64,000 nt of DNA from Oscillospiraceae bacterium. GTDB taxonomy: Bacteria > Bacillota > Clostridia > Oscillospirales > Oscillospiraceae. The stretch is taken from NCBI GenBank assembly GCA_017617795.1, contig JAFZVM010000075.1, positions 3,727 to 67,726 on the forward strand. The letters are read 5' to 3'. Both the position numbers and the translations under genes were made by a program. Within the stretch, counting starts at the first letter, position 1, and every line of letters begins with the position of its first letter. The notes below the pieces were generated by a model that saw only the letters and a list, made by a program, of their open reading frames with translations, was not told the origin of the DNA and did not search any database. Below are positions 26,477 through 36,358 of the stretch, one piece after another.

Positions 26477-26611
26477 ATTCTCTTACACCTCCGGGGTCAT
26501 AAAAAGCACGTCCAATATACCACACTCTTGCCGGAAAAGCAACTTGAAACCGGATTGCATCCGCTCTCCGAACATGTTAGACTGGCTCATATCAAATCAG
26601 GAGGATGAATA

Positions 26612-27643
26612 ATGATCCGTACCATAGGGATAGTCAGCCTCTCCAGCGGGACCATCGGTGAAGAAAAGGTCCGCTTTGAGGTGGAGATCGGCGTGAAACG
26701 GCTGCAGGATATGGGACTGCAGGTACGATTCCTTCCCCATGCCCTCAAGGGGATCGAATACGTACGGGAGCATCCGGAGGATCGGGCCGCGGATCTGCTT
26801 CAGGCCTTCCGGGACCCGGAGATCGACCTGATCCTCTGCGCCATCGGCGGGGATGATACGGTGCGGATGCTTCCCTGGCTCTTTGGTCACGATGAACTGC
26901 GGCACGCTCTGAGATACAAGCCCTTTCTGGGTTTTTCCGATACAACGGGGAACCATCTGATGCTCCATAAGCTGGGACTGCCCACCTTTTACGGCCAATC
27001 CTTCCTGTCGGACGTGTGCGAGCTCAGCGATGAGATGCTGCCCTATACGCGCCATTACTTTGAAGAGTTCATCCGGACCGGAACCATTCGCGAAGTACGG
27101 CCGAGCCCGGTCTGGTACAGCTCCAGGGCAAAATTCACTCCGGATCAGGTCGGCGTTCCCCTTTCAAGTCATCCGGACCGGGGGTGGGAACTGCTCCAGG
27201 GACCGCCGGTGTTCTCCGGGCCCATCCTGGGCGGCTGCATCGATTCTCTCTATGATCTGTTTGAGGGTGAAAACTACCGGGAGATCCAGCTGCTTGCCCG
27301 TGAATACAGCCTGTTTCCCGATCTTTCGGATTGGCGGGGACGCATCCTGCTGCTGGAATCCAGCGAGGTCCTCATGCCGCCGGAAACCTATCGCCGGGCG
27401 CTCTGTCTGCTGAAGGATAAGGGCATCTTCACCGTCGTCAACGGCATTCTCGTGGGCAAACCCATGGACGAAAGATACCAGGAGGAATACCACCGGCTGC
27501 TGCTGGAGACTGTGGATGATCCCAGTCTGCCCATCCTGGCCAATCTGAATATCGGCCATGCCCTTCCCCGGTGCATCCTGCCCTTTGGTATGGAAGCCCA
27601 TGTGGACGCGGAAGCACAGTCGATCCGTTTCATGGCGGGATGA
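26612..27643 (+). CDS. S66-family LD-carboxypeptidase (LdcA/MccF-like)
   Basis: AGGAGG RBS. Nucleophile motif is FLGFSDTTGNH. Also DLILCAIGGDD and the C-terminal NIGHALP. Confidence 0.85.
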   Translation: MIRTIGIVSLSSGTIGEEKVRFEVEIGVKRLQDMGLQVRFLPHALKGIEYVREHPEDRAADLLQAFRDPEIDLILCAIGGDDTVRMLPWLFGHDELRHALRYKPFLGFSDTTGNHLMLHKLGLPTFYGQSFLSDVCELSDEMLPYTRHYFEEFIRTGTIREVRPSPVWYSSRAKFTPDQVGVPLSSHPDRGWELLQGPPVFSGPILGGCIDSLYDLFEGENYREIQLLAREYSLFPDLSDWRGRILLLESSEVLMPPETYRRALCLLKDKGIFTVVNGILVGKPMDERYQEEYHRLLLETVDDPSLPILANLNIGHALPRCILPFGMEAHVDAEAQSIRFMAG

Positions 27644-27690
27644 GGTTTGTGCTTCGCAACCGGTGATTTCAAAAAAGCCAAATTTCCCTA

Positions 27691-27719
27691 TTGACAAAGG
27701 AAAAATTCAATGCTATACT
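27691..27719 (+). promoter_or_regulatory. SigA-type promoter of the T-box leader
   Basis: TTGACA (27691..27696), a 17-nt spacer and TATACT (27714..27719). Confidence 0.6.
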
Positions 27720-27724
27720 CCGGT

Positions 27725-28003
27725 AAACCGTTGAAGAAGTGTAAGTAAGCCGGTGGGTTTTCTCCCAGAGAGTTGTGGATGCTGAGAACACAGCAGAAGG
27801 CAGCCGGTCGAATGGGCTTCCGAGGGCGAGCCAAAATCAGGCTATGCGCTGAGAGTAGGTGAGACGGAGCTGACCCTCCGTTACAAAAGGTCAGCATATG
27901 TTGGTATGCGTGAGTGGGCGCAGTGTATCTGCGTCAAGCCGGGTGGCACCGCAGGATGATAAGTCCTGTCCCAGCTTTTTGTTGGGACAGGACTGTTTTT
28001 TAT
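27725..28003 (+). promoter_or_regulatory. T-box riboswitch leader, most likely Trp-specific (UGG)
   Basis: AG-bay AGAGAG (27767..27772). GAA-UGG-G in the specifier region (UGG at 27813..27815). F-box CCGUUA (27878..27883). T-box sequence AAGCCGGGUGGCACCGC (27936..27952). Terminator stem agtcctgtccca/tgggacaggact plus a U-run (27962..28003). Confidence 0.85.
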
Positions 28004-28124
28004 TTTCCGGAGGGATATAAAATGCCGTATTTTCCGAAACGATGGCGCAGCCGCGCCAATACCATAATTGAATCTTGACGGACTGGCACTAATAAATCAA
28101 TAAAAGAAAGTGAGTGTATATATA

Positions 28125-29489
28125 ATGGAAAAGATCCCTTACAAAATTTATCTGGAAGAATCGGAGATGCCCAAAGCCTGGTACAACGTCCGGGCGGATA
28201 TGAAGAACAAGCCCGCTCCCCTGCTGAATCCCGGGACCCATCAGCCCATGACTGCCGAAGAGCTGGCCCCCGTCTTCTGTGAGGAGCTCATCAAGCAGGA
28301 GCTGGATAACGACAATGCCTATATCGAGATCCCCCAGGAGATCCGGGATTTCTATAAGATGTACCGTCCTTCTCCCCTGGTCCGGGCGTACTGCCTGGAG
28401 GAACGTCTCCAGACGCCGGCAAAGATCTACTACAAATTCGAGGGCAACAATACCAGCGGTTCTCATAAGCTGAACTCCGCCATCGCCCAGGCCTATTACG
28501 CCAAGAAGCAGGGGCTCAAGGGCGTCACCACCGAAACCGGCGCCGGACAGTGGGGCACCGCGCTTTCCATGGCCTGCTCCTACTTCCAGCTGGACTGCAA
28601 GGTATTCATGGTAAAGGTCTCTTACGAACAGAAGCCCTTCCGCCGGGAGGTCATGCGGACCTACGGCGCCTCCGTCACCCCTTCCCCCTCCATGGACACC
28701 AATATCGGACGGGCGATCCTGGAGCAGTTCCCCGGCACCACCGGCAGCCTGGGCTGCGCCATCTCCGAAGCGGTGGAGGTCGCCACCAGCACCCCCGGTT
28801 ACCGCTATGTGCTGGGCAGCGTGCTGAACCAGGTGCTGCTGCACCAGAGCATTATCGGTCTGGAGACCAAGGCTGCGCTGGATAAGTACGGCATCAAGCC
28901 GGATATGATCATCGGCTGCGCCGGCGGCGGTTCCAACCTGGGCGGCCTCATTTCTCCCTTCATGGGCGCAAAGCTCCGGGGCGAAGCGGATTATCGCATC
29001 ATCGCCGTTGAGCCCGCATCCTGCCCCAGCTTCACCCGGGGCGTGTACGCCTACGATTTCTGCGACACCGGCAAGGTCTGCCCCCTGGCAAAGATGTATA
29101 CCCTGGGCAGCGGCTTCATCCCCGCCCCCAACCATGCCGGCGGCCTTCGGTACCACGGCATGAGCTCCATCCTGTCTCAGCTCTATGCGGACGGCTATAT
29201 GGAGGCCACCTCCGTAGTCCAGACCGACGTGTTCCAGGCCGCGGAAGAATTCGCCCGGGTGGAGGGCATCCTCCCCGCCCCGGAGAGCGCCCATGCCATC
29301 AAGGTGGCTCTGGATGAGGCGAAGAAGTGCAAGGAGACCGGCGAGGAAAAGACCATCGTCTTCGGTCTCACCGGCACCGGCTATTTCGACCTGGTGGCTT
29401 ATCAGAAATTTAATGACGGCCAGATGAGCGATTATATCCCCACAGACGAAGAGCTCCAGGCCAGCTTTGCCACCCTGCCGAAGATGTAA
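28125..29489 (+). CDS. trpB: TrpB2-type (TrpB-like) PLP-dependent tryptophan synthase beta-chain homolog
   Basis: MEKIPYKIYLEESEMPKAWYNVRADM is the typical TrpB2 N-terminus. PLP lysine motif is TSGSHKLNSA. Also ETGAGQWGTALS, GSLGCAISEAVE and LGSVLNQVLLHQ. No trpA or other trp gene is adjacent. Confidence 0.9.
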   Translation: MEKIPYKIYLEESEMPKAWYNVRADMKNKPAPLLNPGTHQPMTAEELAPVFCEELIKQELDNDNAYIEIPQEIRDFYKMYRPSPLVRAYCLEERLQTPAKIYYKFEGNNTSGSHKLNSAIAQAYYAKKQGLKGVTTETGAGQWGTALSMACSYFQLDCKVFMVKVSYEQKPFRREVMRTYGASVTPSPSMDTNIGRAILEQFPGTTGSLGCAISEAVEVATSTPGYRYVLGSVLNQVLLHQSIIGLETKAALDKYGIKPDMIIGCAGGGSNLGGLISPFMGAKLRGEADYRIIAVEPASCPSFTRGVYAYDFCDTGKVCPLAKMYTLGSGFIPAPNHAGGLRYHGMSSILSQLYADGYMEATSVVQTDVFQAAEEFARVEGILPAPESAHAIKVALDEAKKCKETGEEKTIVFGLTGTGYFDLVAYQKFNDGQMSDYIPTDEELQASFATLPKM

Positions 29490-29556
29490 TTATCCGTATT
29501 GTATCGGATCGGGTGCAGGCACCGTTCTGCACCCGATCCGCATTTTGGAGCGCGTC

Positions 29557-30342
29557 ATGAATTATCTGGAAGAATACTACAACAGCTATGACGAAGAAGG
29601 GCGGCTGCTCTCCAGGCATGGACAGGTGGAGTACCTGACCACCATGAAATATATATCCCAATGCCTTTCTGCTTTCACCCGGCCGTGTATCCTGGAGATC
29701 GGGGCCGGAACGGGACGGTACAGCGTTGCTTTGGCCAGGCAGGGCTATCCAGTGACCGCCGTGGAGCTGGTTCCCCGCAATCTGGATCTGCTGAAAGCCA
29801 AGCTGGATGGCTCAGAGCAGATCACGGCAATCCAGGGCAATGCGCTGGACCTGTCCTTCCTGTCGGATGCAGCCTTTGATTTGACCCTGCTGCTGGGCCC
29901 CATGTATCACCTGTATACCCGGGAGGACAAGCTGCAGGCGCTATCCGAGGCCGTACGGGTGACAAAACCGGGTGGATATATCCTGGTCGCCTACTGCATG
30001 AATGAACCGACCGTGATCCAGTATGTATTCGGGGCAAACCATCTGCGCGATGTATCGGATCAGGATATGCTCACGCCGGACTGGCACTGCAAAAGCGAAC
30101 CGAAGGAGATCTTTGAGCTGATCCGGACAGAGGAGATCGCCGCTCTGGATGAAGCGTTCCCCGTCGAACGCGTCAAACTGATCGCTGCGGACGGCGCGAC
30201 GCAATATATGCGGGAAACGATCGACTCCATGGATGACGGGACCTTTGCCCGATGGCTGGAATACCATTGGGCCACCTGCGAGCGGCTAGATCTGATCGGG
30301 GCATCCCATCATACGCTGGATATTCTCAGGAAGGCAGAATAA
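29557..30342 (+). CDS. Class I SAM-dependent methyltransferase
   Basis: The conserved part starts at MNYLEEYYNSYDEEGRL (ATG 29557). SAM motif I is ILEIGAGTGRYS. Post-I motif is VTAVELV. A hairpin (29503..29545) lies between trpB2 and this gene. Confidence 0.8.
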   Translation: MNYLEEYYNSYDEEGRLLSRHGQVEYLTTMKYISQCLSAFTRPCILEIGAGTGRYSVALARQGYPVTAVELVPRNLDLLKAKLDGSEQITAIQGNALDLSFLSDAAFDLTLLLGPMYHLYTREDKLQALSEAVRVTKPGGYILVAYCMNEPTVIQYVFGANHLRDVSDQDMLTPDWHCKSEPKEIFELIRTEEIAALDEAFPVERVKLIAADGATQYMRETIDSMDDGTFARWLEYHWATCERLDLIGASHHTLDILRKAE

Positions 30343-30374
30343 AAACGCCGGAAGCGCACAACACGCTTCCGGCG
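30341..30374 (-). terminator. Rho-independent terminator ending the pepP-efp-acidic protein operon
   Basis: Stem cgccggaagcg / cgcttccggcg, with TTTTT on the minus strand. Confidence 0.7.
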
Positions 30375-30392
30375 CAATTCAATTCAGGGAGC

Positions 30393-30899
30393 TTACTCCT
30401 TGTCCTTCTCGCAGCAGCATTTCTCGTCGCCGTCGTCCCCGGCACAGCAGCACTCGTCGTCCTCGCCATCGTCCTCGTCAAACTCAAACTCCAGCTTCTC
30501 GCCGCACTTGGGGCACTTGAAGGAATCGTAGTTCAGGATCTCCTCATCCAGGGAGATCTCAGCGCCGCAGTTGGGGCAGGTGACCTCATAGAAAACGGGT
30601 TCTTCGTCCTCGTCTTCGTCCTCATCGCAGTCGCAGCAGCAGCACTCGTCCTCATCCTCGTCTTCGTCGTCCACTTCCTCCAGGAAGTCTTCCACGTCAG
30701 CGAGATCATCGGAGATCTGATCGATCTCCTCCGCCAGATCCAGGGCGTTCTCATTCAGGTCGGCGATCTCCTGGGCCACGTCGCCCAGCAGATCCACGAT
30801 GGCCTTCAGAAGCTTGCCTTCGTTCTTGCCCTCATCCAGCTTCATGCCTTCACAAAGCCCCTTGAGGTAAGCGGCTTTTTCGGTAATGTTCATCTCCAT
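30393..30899 (-). CDS. Hyper-acidic zinc-ribbon protein with poly-Cys clusters (resembles the clostridial family named after CD1247; recollection only)
   Basis: 168 aa. The N-terminal helical part is ITEKAAYLKGLCEGMKLD...LLKAIVDLLGDVAQEI. It has D/E runs, cysteine clusters CCCCDC, CCC and CCC, and the ribbon CPNCG...CPKCG. It lies 46 nt downstream of efp. Confidence 0.75.
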   Translation of the reverse strand: MEMNITEKAAYLKGLCEGMKLDEGKNEGKLLKAIVDLLGDVAQEIADLNENALDLAEEIDQISDDLADVEDFLEEVDDEDEDEDECCCCDCDEDEDEDEEPVFYEVTCPNCGAEISLDEEILNYDSFKCPKCGEKLEFEFDEDDGEDDECCCAGDDGDEKCCCEKDKE

Positions 30900-30945
30900 C
30901 GTTTTTTCCTTTCCGCCGGAGGATATCCGGCAAAGTGGGTTGCGC

Positions 30946-31509
30946 TCAGCCCTTCACCCGCTCCACGTATTCGCCGGTGCCGGTATCGATCTTGATGCGG
31001 TCGCCGGGATTGATGAACAGAGGCACCTTCACCTCCGCGCCGGTCTCCAGGATGGCGGGCTTGGTCACGTTGGTGGCGGTGTCGCCCTTGAAGCCGGGGT
31101 CGGTCTCCGTGACCTCCAGCTCCACGAAGTTGGGGAGCTCGATGCCGAAGATGGCGCCCTTATAGGAGAGGATCCTGCAGACCATATTCTCTTTCACGAA
31201 CTTGAAGCCGTCCGGCAACTTGCTCACATCGATGGGCACCTGATCGTAGGTCTCCTGGTCCATGAAGTAATAGAGATTATCGTCATTGTACAGGTACTCC
31301 ATGTCCTTCCGCTCAACGTAAGCATTTTCAAACTTATCGTTGGGGTTGAAGGAAGTCTCCGTGACCGCGCCGGTGATGATGTTCTTCATCTTCGTGCGGA
31401 CAAAGGCAGCCCCCTTGCCGGGCTTAACGTGCTGGAACTCGATCACCTGCATGACCTGTCCGTCCATATCAAAGGTAACGCCGTTTCTGAATTCACCAGC
31501 AGAGATCAT
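30946..31509 (-). CDS. efp: Elongation factor P
   Basis: 187 aa. Motifs [19 protein letters not shown] and [10 protein letters not shown] show full-length collinearity with EF-P. Confidence 0.95.
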   Translation of the reverse strand: MISAGEFRNGVTFDMDGQVMQVIEFQHVKPGKGAAFVRTKMKNIITGAVTETSFNPNDKFENAYVERKDMEYLYNDDNLYYFMDQETYDQVPIDVSKLPDGFKFVKENMVCRILSYKGAIFGIELPNFVELEVTETDPGFKGDTATNVTKPAILETGAEVKVPLFINPGDRIKIDTGTGEYVERVKG

Positions 31510-31611
31510 AAATCAAGAGTCTCCTCTCCATGTATTAGATTCAAATCTGTGTTATTTTATACCGGAATACGGAAATTTGCAAGATAAAATCCCGGCTGTG
31601 CGCATATTATT

Positions 31612-32679
31612 TTACAGGATCAGCAATTCCTTGGGGGCCAGTGTGATATCCTCGCAGCCGTTTTCCTTCAGGATGATCACATCCTCGATCCGCACGCCGA
31701 AACGGCCTTCCAAATAGATCCCCGGCTCCGCGGAGATCACAGCATTCACCGGCATGGGATCCTTGCCGGAGGGGCCGGCTGTGGGCGCCTCGTGCACGTC
31801 AAGCCCAACGCCGTGACCGAAGCCGTGGCCGAAGCAGTCCCCATACCCCGCGTCCTGGATGACCTTGCGGGCGATCCCGTCCACCTCGACGCCGGTCATC
31901 CCGGCCTTTGCGCCGCTGATCGCCGTTTTCTGCGCCAGCAGAACGGTCTCGTATACCTTCCGCATCTCCTCCGTGGCGCTGCCCACGGCGACGGTACGGG
32001 TCATATCGGAGCAGTAGCCGCCCAGGCGGCAGCCGAAATCCATGGTGAGGAAATCCCCGCTGCGGATCTCCACGTCCCCGGGAACGCCGTGGGGCATGCT
32101 GCTTTTGACCCCGGTGACCACAATGGGCTCAAAGGAGACGCCGTCCGCCCCCTCCCGCAGCATGCGGTAGATCAGTTCGGCGGCGACCTGACGCTCGGTC
32201 ATGCCGGGCCTGATCAGGTCCAGCACCTGAACAAGGGCTTTCTCCGCAATGCGCTGGGCGCGGATGAGGTAATCCAGCTCCTCCTGATACTTGACGGTAC
32301 GCAGATCGGTAAAGAGCTGCTGGGCGGGCTTCAGTTCCCCGTGGAGCTTCTGCTCCCAGCTGCGGTATTCTCCCAGACTCATGGCGCCTTCCTCGATCCC
32401 CAGGGTCCTGATCCCCAGGCGGTCGATCTCCGCGTTCAGCTTGGCGTCATAAGCCCGCTGCATGTCCACCTTGTCCACCGCTGCGCCTTTGATGCTCTTT
32501 TTCGCGGCCTCGATATACCGGGAATCAATGAAGAAAAAGGCTTCCTTCCGGGTGACAAGAGCCATACCGGCAGAGGAAGGAAAGTCTGTGGCGTACTTCC
32601 GGTTGGAGGGGCTGGTGACCAGCATGGCGTCCAGACCGTATTCTTCCAGTTTCCCCTGGATCGCTGCAAAATGGTTCAT
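31612..32679 (-). CDS. pepP: M24-family Xaa-Pro aminopeptidase
   Basis: Metal ligand blocks are MDFGCRLGGYCSDMTRT, HGFGHGVGLDVHE, EPGIY and GVRIED. The position upstream of efp matches other Firmicutes. Confidence 0.9.
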   Translation of the reverse strand: MNHFAAIQGKLEEYGLDAMLVTSPSNRKYATDFPSSAGMALVTRKEAFFFIDSRYIEAAKKSIKGAAVDKVDMQRAYDAKLNAEIDRLGIRTLGIEEGAMSLGEYRSWEQKLHGELKPAQQLFTDLRTVKYQEELDYLIRAQRIAEKALVQVLDLIRPGMTERQVAAELIYRMLREGADGVSFEPIVVTGVKSSMPHGVPGDVEIRSGDFLTMDFGCRLGGYCSDMTRTVAVGSATEEMRKVYETVLLAQKTAISGAKAGMTGVEVDGIARKVIQDAGYGDCFGHGFGHGVGLDVHEAPTAGPSGKDPMPVNAVISAEPGIYLEGRFGVRIEDVIILKENGCEDITLAPKELLIL

Positions 32680-32783
32680 CCTTCATACTTCCTTTATTCT
32701 GGATTTTCTTTTTTCAATATAACACCCGGCGGCGTGTTTGTCCATATGGATGACCGTCCATCATTCGATGCCCGGAGGTGCGT

Positions 32784-33533
32784 ATGTCATTTACCTTCAT
32801 CCCTGCCTGCGGAGAGGATCGGCTCGATCTCTTTGCCTCCCCAGGCACGCCGTCGGCAACGCTGTCTTACTCTCTGGACCGGCCGTTCCCTGCGCCTCGC
32901 TCCCCGCTGCGGGGCGGATGTATGATCCTGGGCGGCCGGATCCGTTCTGCCCGCGCTGCGGAGACCGCCAACGAATGCCGCCGCCGGGGCATCGGTACGG
33001 TGGTGTGCGGTTTCTCCCCTTGTCCCGGGCTTGAGCTGCTGCGTTTCTGCGATGTCCTGCGGCGCCGTGGCATCCGCTGCGTGATCACGGAGCGGCTCTG
33101 GCAGGAAGGCTGCGGAGCGGCCATGCTTCTGTCCACCGCCATATCCGGCGGCACGCTTCGCCGGCGAATGGAGGAAGCCCTGTCCCGCTGCGGAGAGGTC
33201 TGCCTTGACCTGGAACGCACCCGGAGGATCTTCTCCCTTCCCTGTCCCGACGGCGAGGGCAGGCAGCTCGGTCCGGAGGAGCTGGAGCGGCTTTCCCAGG
33301 AAGCGGAGAGCGGTTTTTTCTCCCCGGATCTACAATGCAAGGTGTGGGTGGTACGCAGGGATGCGGACGTTCGCTTCGTCCTGTACGACGATCCGGATAC
33401 ACTGCGGAGCAAGACCGAGCTGGCCCTGGAGCTGGGGATCCGGCAGGGATTTTTGCTCATGAGCGGCGAATGGAGTTCCGAAGACCTGGAACTGCTCAGG
33501 CAGGCAGACAAAAACCCGGCTATCCGAAGATAA
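32784..33533 (+). CDS. Hypothetical Cys/Arg-rich cytosolic protein with a weak GH18-like (chitinase-fold) signature
   Basis: GGAGG lies 5 nt before ATG 32784. The C-terminal VRFVLYDDPDTLRSKTELALELGIRQGFLL resembles the end of GH18 barrels. CLDLE sits where DxDxE would be. It is the only plus-strand gene within a long minus-strand array. Confidence 0.5.
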   Translation: MSFTFIPACGEDRLDLFASPGTPSATLSYSLDRPFPAPRSPLRGGCMILGGRIRSARAAETANECRRRGIGTVVCGFSPCPGLELLRFCDVLRRRGIRCVITERLWQEGCGAAMLLSTAISGGTLRRRMEEALSRCGEVCLDLERTRRIFSLPCPDGEGRQLGPEELERLSQEAESGFFSPDLQCKVWVVRRDADVRFVLYDDPDTLRSKTELALELGIRQGFLLMSGEWSSEDLELLRQADKNPAIRR

Positions 33534-33548
33534 CCGGGTTTTGTGCAG

Positions 33549-33734
33549 TTAATAATATCTCTTATTTTTATTCTTGCGCGCGGCCTCGGATTTCTTGCGG
33601 CGCTTGACGCTGGGGCTCTGGTAGTACTCCTTCTTCCTCAGGTCAGCCAGCACGCCAGCCTTGGCGCAGCTTCTCTTAAATCTCTTGAGGGCACTGTCCA
33701 GCGACTCGTTTTCCTTGACTCTGACTTCCGACAT
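33549..33734 (-). CDS. rpsU: 30S ribosomal protein S21
   Basis: [29 protein letters not shown]...KRRKK is the canonical S21 sequence. Confidence 0.95.
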   Translation of the reverse strand: MSEVRVKENESLDSALKRFKRSCAKAGVLADLRKKEYYQSPSVKRRKKSEAARKNKNKRYY

Positions 33735-33785
33735 TCTTATCCCTCCCTCCGATGGGCCATTAGCTTGTGTATTATAGCCCCATTC

Positions 33786-36338
33786 TCAGGCCTTGTCAAG
33801 GGTTTTCGGCTTGAGGATGAGATTAACCAGCTTATTTTTCACCGTAATGGTACGGACCAGTTCCATGCCTTCCATCATGCGGCTGATCTTCTCATCCGCC
33901 AGGGCGGCCTTGACCATCGTCTCCTCGTCCGCATCCGCAGGGATGGTCACGGTAGCCCGGAGCTTTCCGCCTACCTGTACGGCGATGGTCTTCTCCGACT
34001 CCGTCATCCGGCGCTCGTCCCACTCCGGCCAGGGCTGCTGACAGCACAGTCCCTCGCCGCCCATATGCTCCCACAGTTCCTCCGCGATATGGGGAGTAAA
34101 GGGGCTCATGAGCTTCAGCAGGGCCATATAGTCCGCCCGGTTCAGTCCCTTTTCATAGAACTCGTTCACCAGGGACATCATGGCCGCGATGGCGGTGTTG
34201 AACTTCATGGATTCGATATCCTCGGTGACCTTGCGGATGGTGCGGTGGATGGAGGCTTCATTCTCCCGGGAGTAGCTGTCGCCGGGCTTCACCTTCTGCT
34301 CCAGGTTCCATACCCGGTCCAGGAACCGTTTGCTCCCCTTCACGGCGGTATCCTGCCAGGGGGCTGCCTTTTCAAAGTCGCCGATGAACATGATATACAG
34401 GCGCAGCGTATCCGCCCCGTACAGGTTGACGATGTCGTTGGGATTGATCACATTCCCCAAAGATTTGGACATCTTCACGATGGGGTGATCCGCCATCTCG
34501 CCGTACTGCTGGACGAGATGCTTCCGCGCGCCCTCTTCTCCGCCGTATTCGGCTTTCAGGCGATCCTGCTCCGCCGAATCCAGATTATCAAAGTTCCGGG
34601 GATTCAGCCCCAGGATCATCCCATGGCTGGTCCTCTTGGCGTAGGGCTCCTTCGTGGGCACCACGCCGATATCATATAGGAACTTATGCCAGAAGCGGGA
34701 ATACAGCAGGTGCAGAGTGGTATGCTCCATCCCGCCGTTGTACCAGTCCACCCGATCCCAGTATTTGAGGGCGTCCTTCCCCGCCAGGGCTTCGTCGTTA
34801 TGGGGGTCCATATACCGCAGGAAATACCAGCTGGAGCCCGCCCACTGGGGCATGGTATCCGTCTCGTGTTCCGCGGGTCCTCCGCACTTGGGGCAGGTGC
34901 ACTTCACCCAGTCCGTCATGTGTGCCAGGGGGCTCTCGCCGTTATCCGTGGGCTCATAGCTTTTCACATCCGGCAGGAGCAGCGGAAGATCCTTTTCCTC
35001 CATAGGCACCCAGCCGCATTTCGGGCACTTGATAATGGGGATGGGCTCGCCCCAATAACGCTGACGGGAGAAGACCCAGTCTCTCAGCTTGAAGTTGACT
35101 TTCTCTTCTCCGATCCCCTTCTCAGTGAGCCAGCGGATCATGGTAGGGATCGCGTCCTTGACGCTGAGACCGTTGAGGAAGCCTGAATTCACCATGCGGG
35201 CGTTCTCGTCCTTGTCCACGAAGGCTTCCTTGGTGACGTCGCCGCCCTGGACCACCTCGATGATGGGAAGGTCAAAAGATCTGGCAAATTCCCAGTCCCG
35301 CTGATCGTGGCCGGGCACGGCCATAATGGCGCCGGTGCCATAGGTGGAAAGGACGTAGTCGGAGATGAAGATCGGGATCTCGCCGCCGGTGGTGGGGTTC
35401 ACGGCGTTTACCCCCTCCAGCACCACGCCGGTCTTGTCCTTGGCCATCTCCGTGCGCTCGAAATCGGATTTCCGGGCGGCTTCCGCCTGGTAGGCCCGGA
35501 CGGCTTCTCCGTTCCGCAGCTTGCCCTCTTCCAGCCACTTGTTCACCAGGGCGTGCTCCGGGCTCATGACCATATAGGTCGCGCCGAACATGGTATCCGG
35601 GCGGGTGGTGAAGATCAGCATGTCGTCTCCGGCAGTGGTCTCAAAGGTGACCTCCGCGCCGGTGCTGCGTCCGATCCAGTTCCGCTGCTGGATCTTGACC
35701 CGCTCGATATAATCCAGGTCGTCCAGGTCGTCCAGCAGCCGCTGGGCGTATTTTGTGATCCCCAGCATCCACTGGCTCTTTTCCTTCCGGACCACCGGGG
35801 AACCGCAGCGCTCGCAGACGCCGTTGACCACTTCCTCGTTGGCCAGGACGCACTTGCAGGAGGTGCACCAGTTCACCGGCATGCTGGCCTTATACGCCAG
35901 GCCCTTTTTGAACATCTGCAGAAAGATCCACTGGGTCCACTTGTAATACTTGGGATCCGTGGTATCCACGACTCGGTCCCAGTCGAAGGAAAAGCCCAGC
36001 ATCTTCAGCTGAGAGGTGAAGCGCTCGATATTCTTCCGGGTCACGTCCTTGGGATGAACGTGGTTCTTGATGGCATAGTTCTCCGTGGGCAGGCCAAAGG
36101 CGTCATACCCGATGGGAAACAGCACATTGTATCCCTGCATCCGCCGTTTGCGGCAGATGATGTCCATGGCGGTATAAGGTCTGGGATGACCCACATGAAG
36201 CCCGTCCCCGGAGGGATAGGGAAACTCGATCAGCCCGTAAAATTTCGGCTTATCGCTGTCGTTGGACGCGGCATTGGTCTTGTTCTCTTCCCAGACCTGC
36301 TGCCATTTTTTCTCGATGCTGTGAAATTCGTACTTCAT
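33786..36338 (-). CDS. leuS: Leucine--tRNA ligase
   Basis: 850 aa. HIGH motif is GLHVGHP. KMSKS motif is VKMSKSLGN. An editing-domain insertion is present. Confidence 0.97.
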   Translation of the reverse strand: MKYEFHSIEKKWQQVWEENKTNAASNDSDKPKFYGLIEFPYPSGDGLHVGHPRPYTAMDIICRKRRMQGYNVLFPIGYDAFGLPTENYAIKNHVHPKDVTRKNIERFTSQLKMLGFSFDWDRVVDTTDPKYYKWTQWIFLQMFKKGLAYKASMPVNWCTSCKCVLANEEVVNGVCERCGSPVVRKEKSQWMLGITKYAQRLLDDLDDLDYIERVKIQQRNWIGRSTGAEVTFETTAGDDMLIFTTRPDTMFGATYMVMSPEHALVNKWLEEGKLRNGEAVRAYQAEAARKSDFERTEMAKDKTGVVLEGVNAVNPTTGGEIPIFISDYVLSTYGTGAIMAVPGHDQRDWEFARSFDLPIIEVVQGGDVTKEAFVDKDENARMVNSGFLNGLSVKDAIPTMIRWLTEKGIGEEKVNFKLRDWVFSRQRYWGEPIPIIKCPKCGWVPMEEKDLPLLLPDVKSYEPTDNGESPLAHMTDWVKCTCPKCGGPAEHETDTMPQWAGSSWYFLRYMDPHNDEALAGKDALKYWDRVDWYNGGMEHTTLHLLYSRFWHKFLYDIGVVPTKEPYAKRTSHGMILGLNPRNFDNLDSAEQDRLKAEYGGEEGARKHLVQQYGEMADHPIVKMSKSLGNVINPNDIVNLYGADTLRLYIMFIGDFEKAAPWQDTAVKGSKRFLDRVWNLEQKVKPGDSYSRENEASIHRTIRKVTEDIESMKFNTAIAAMMSLVNEFYEKGLNRADYMALLKLMSPFTPHIAEELWEHMGGEGLCCQQPWPEWDERRMTESEKTIAVQVGGKLRATVTIPADADEETMVKAALADEKISRMMEGMELVRTITVKNKLVNLILKPKTLDKA

Positions 36339-36358
36339 CTTCCGGCCAGCTTTCTCAG

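Noticed and set aside
29503-29545. Hairpin (ggatcgggtgcag / ctgcacccgatcc) between trpB2 and the methyltransferase gene, considered as a terminator.
   Set aside because: The stem is good but the downstream U-run is weak (cattttgg). I cannot decide between a terminator, an attenuator and an mRNA-stabilising hairpin, so it is not listed as a feature.
36339-36358. Expected T-box leader upstream of leuS. Likewise none was found for the valS 3' fragment.
   Set aside because: leuS starts 20 nt after rsfS, so there is no room for a leader. It appears to be transcribed as part of the long array.
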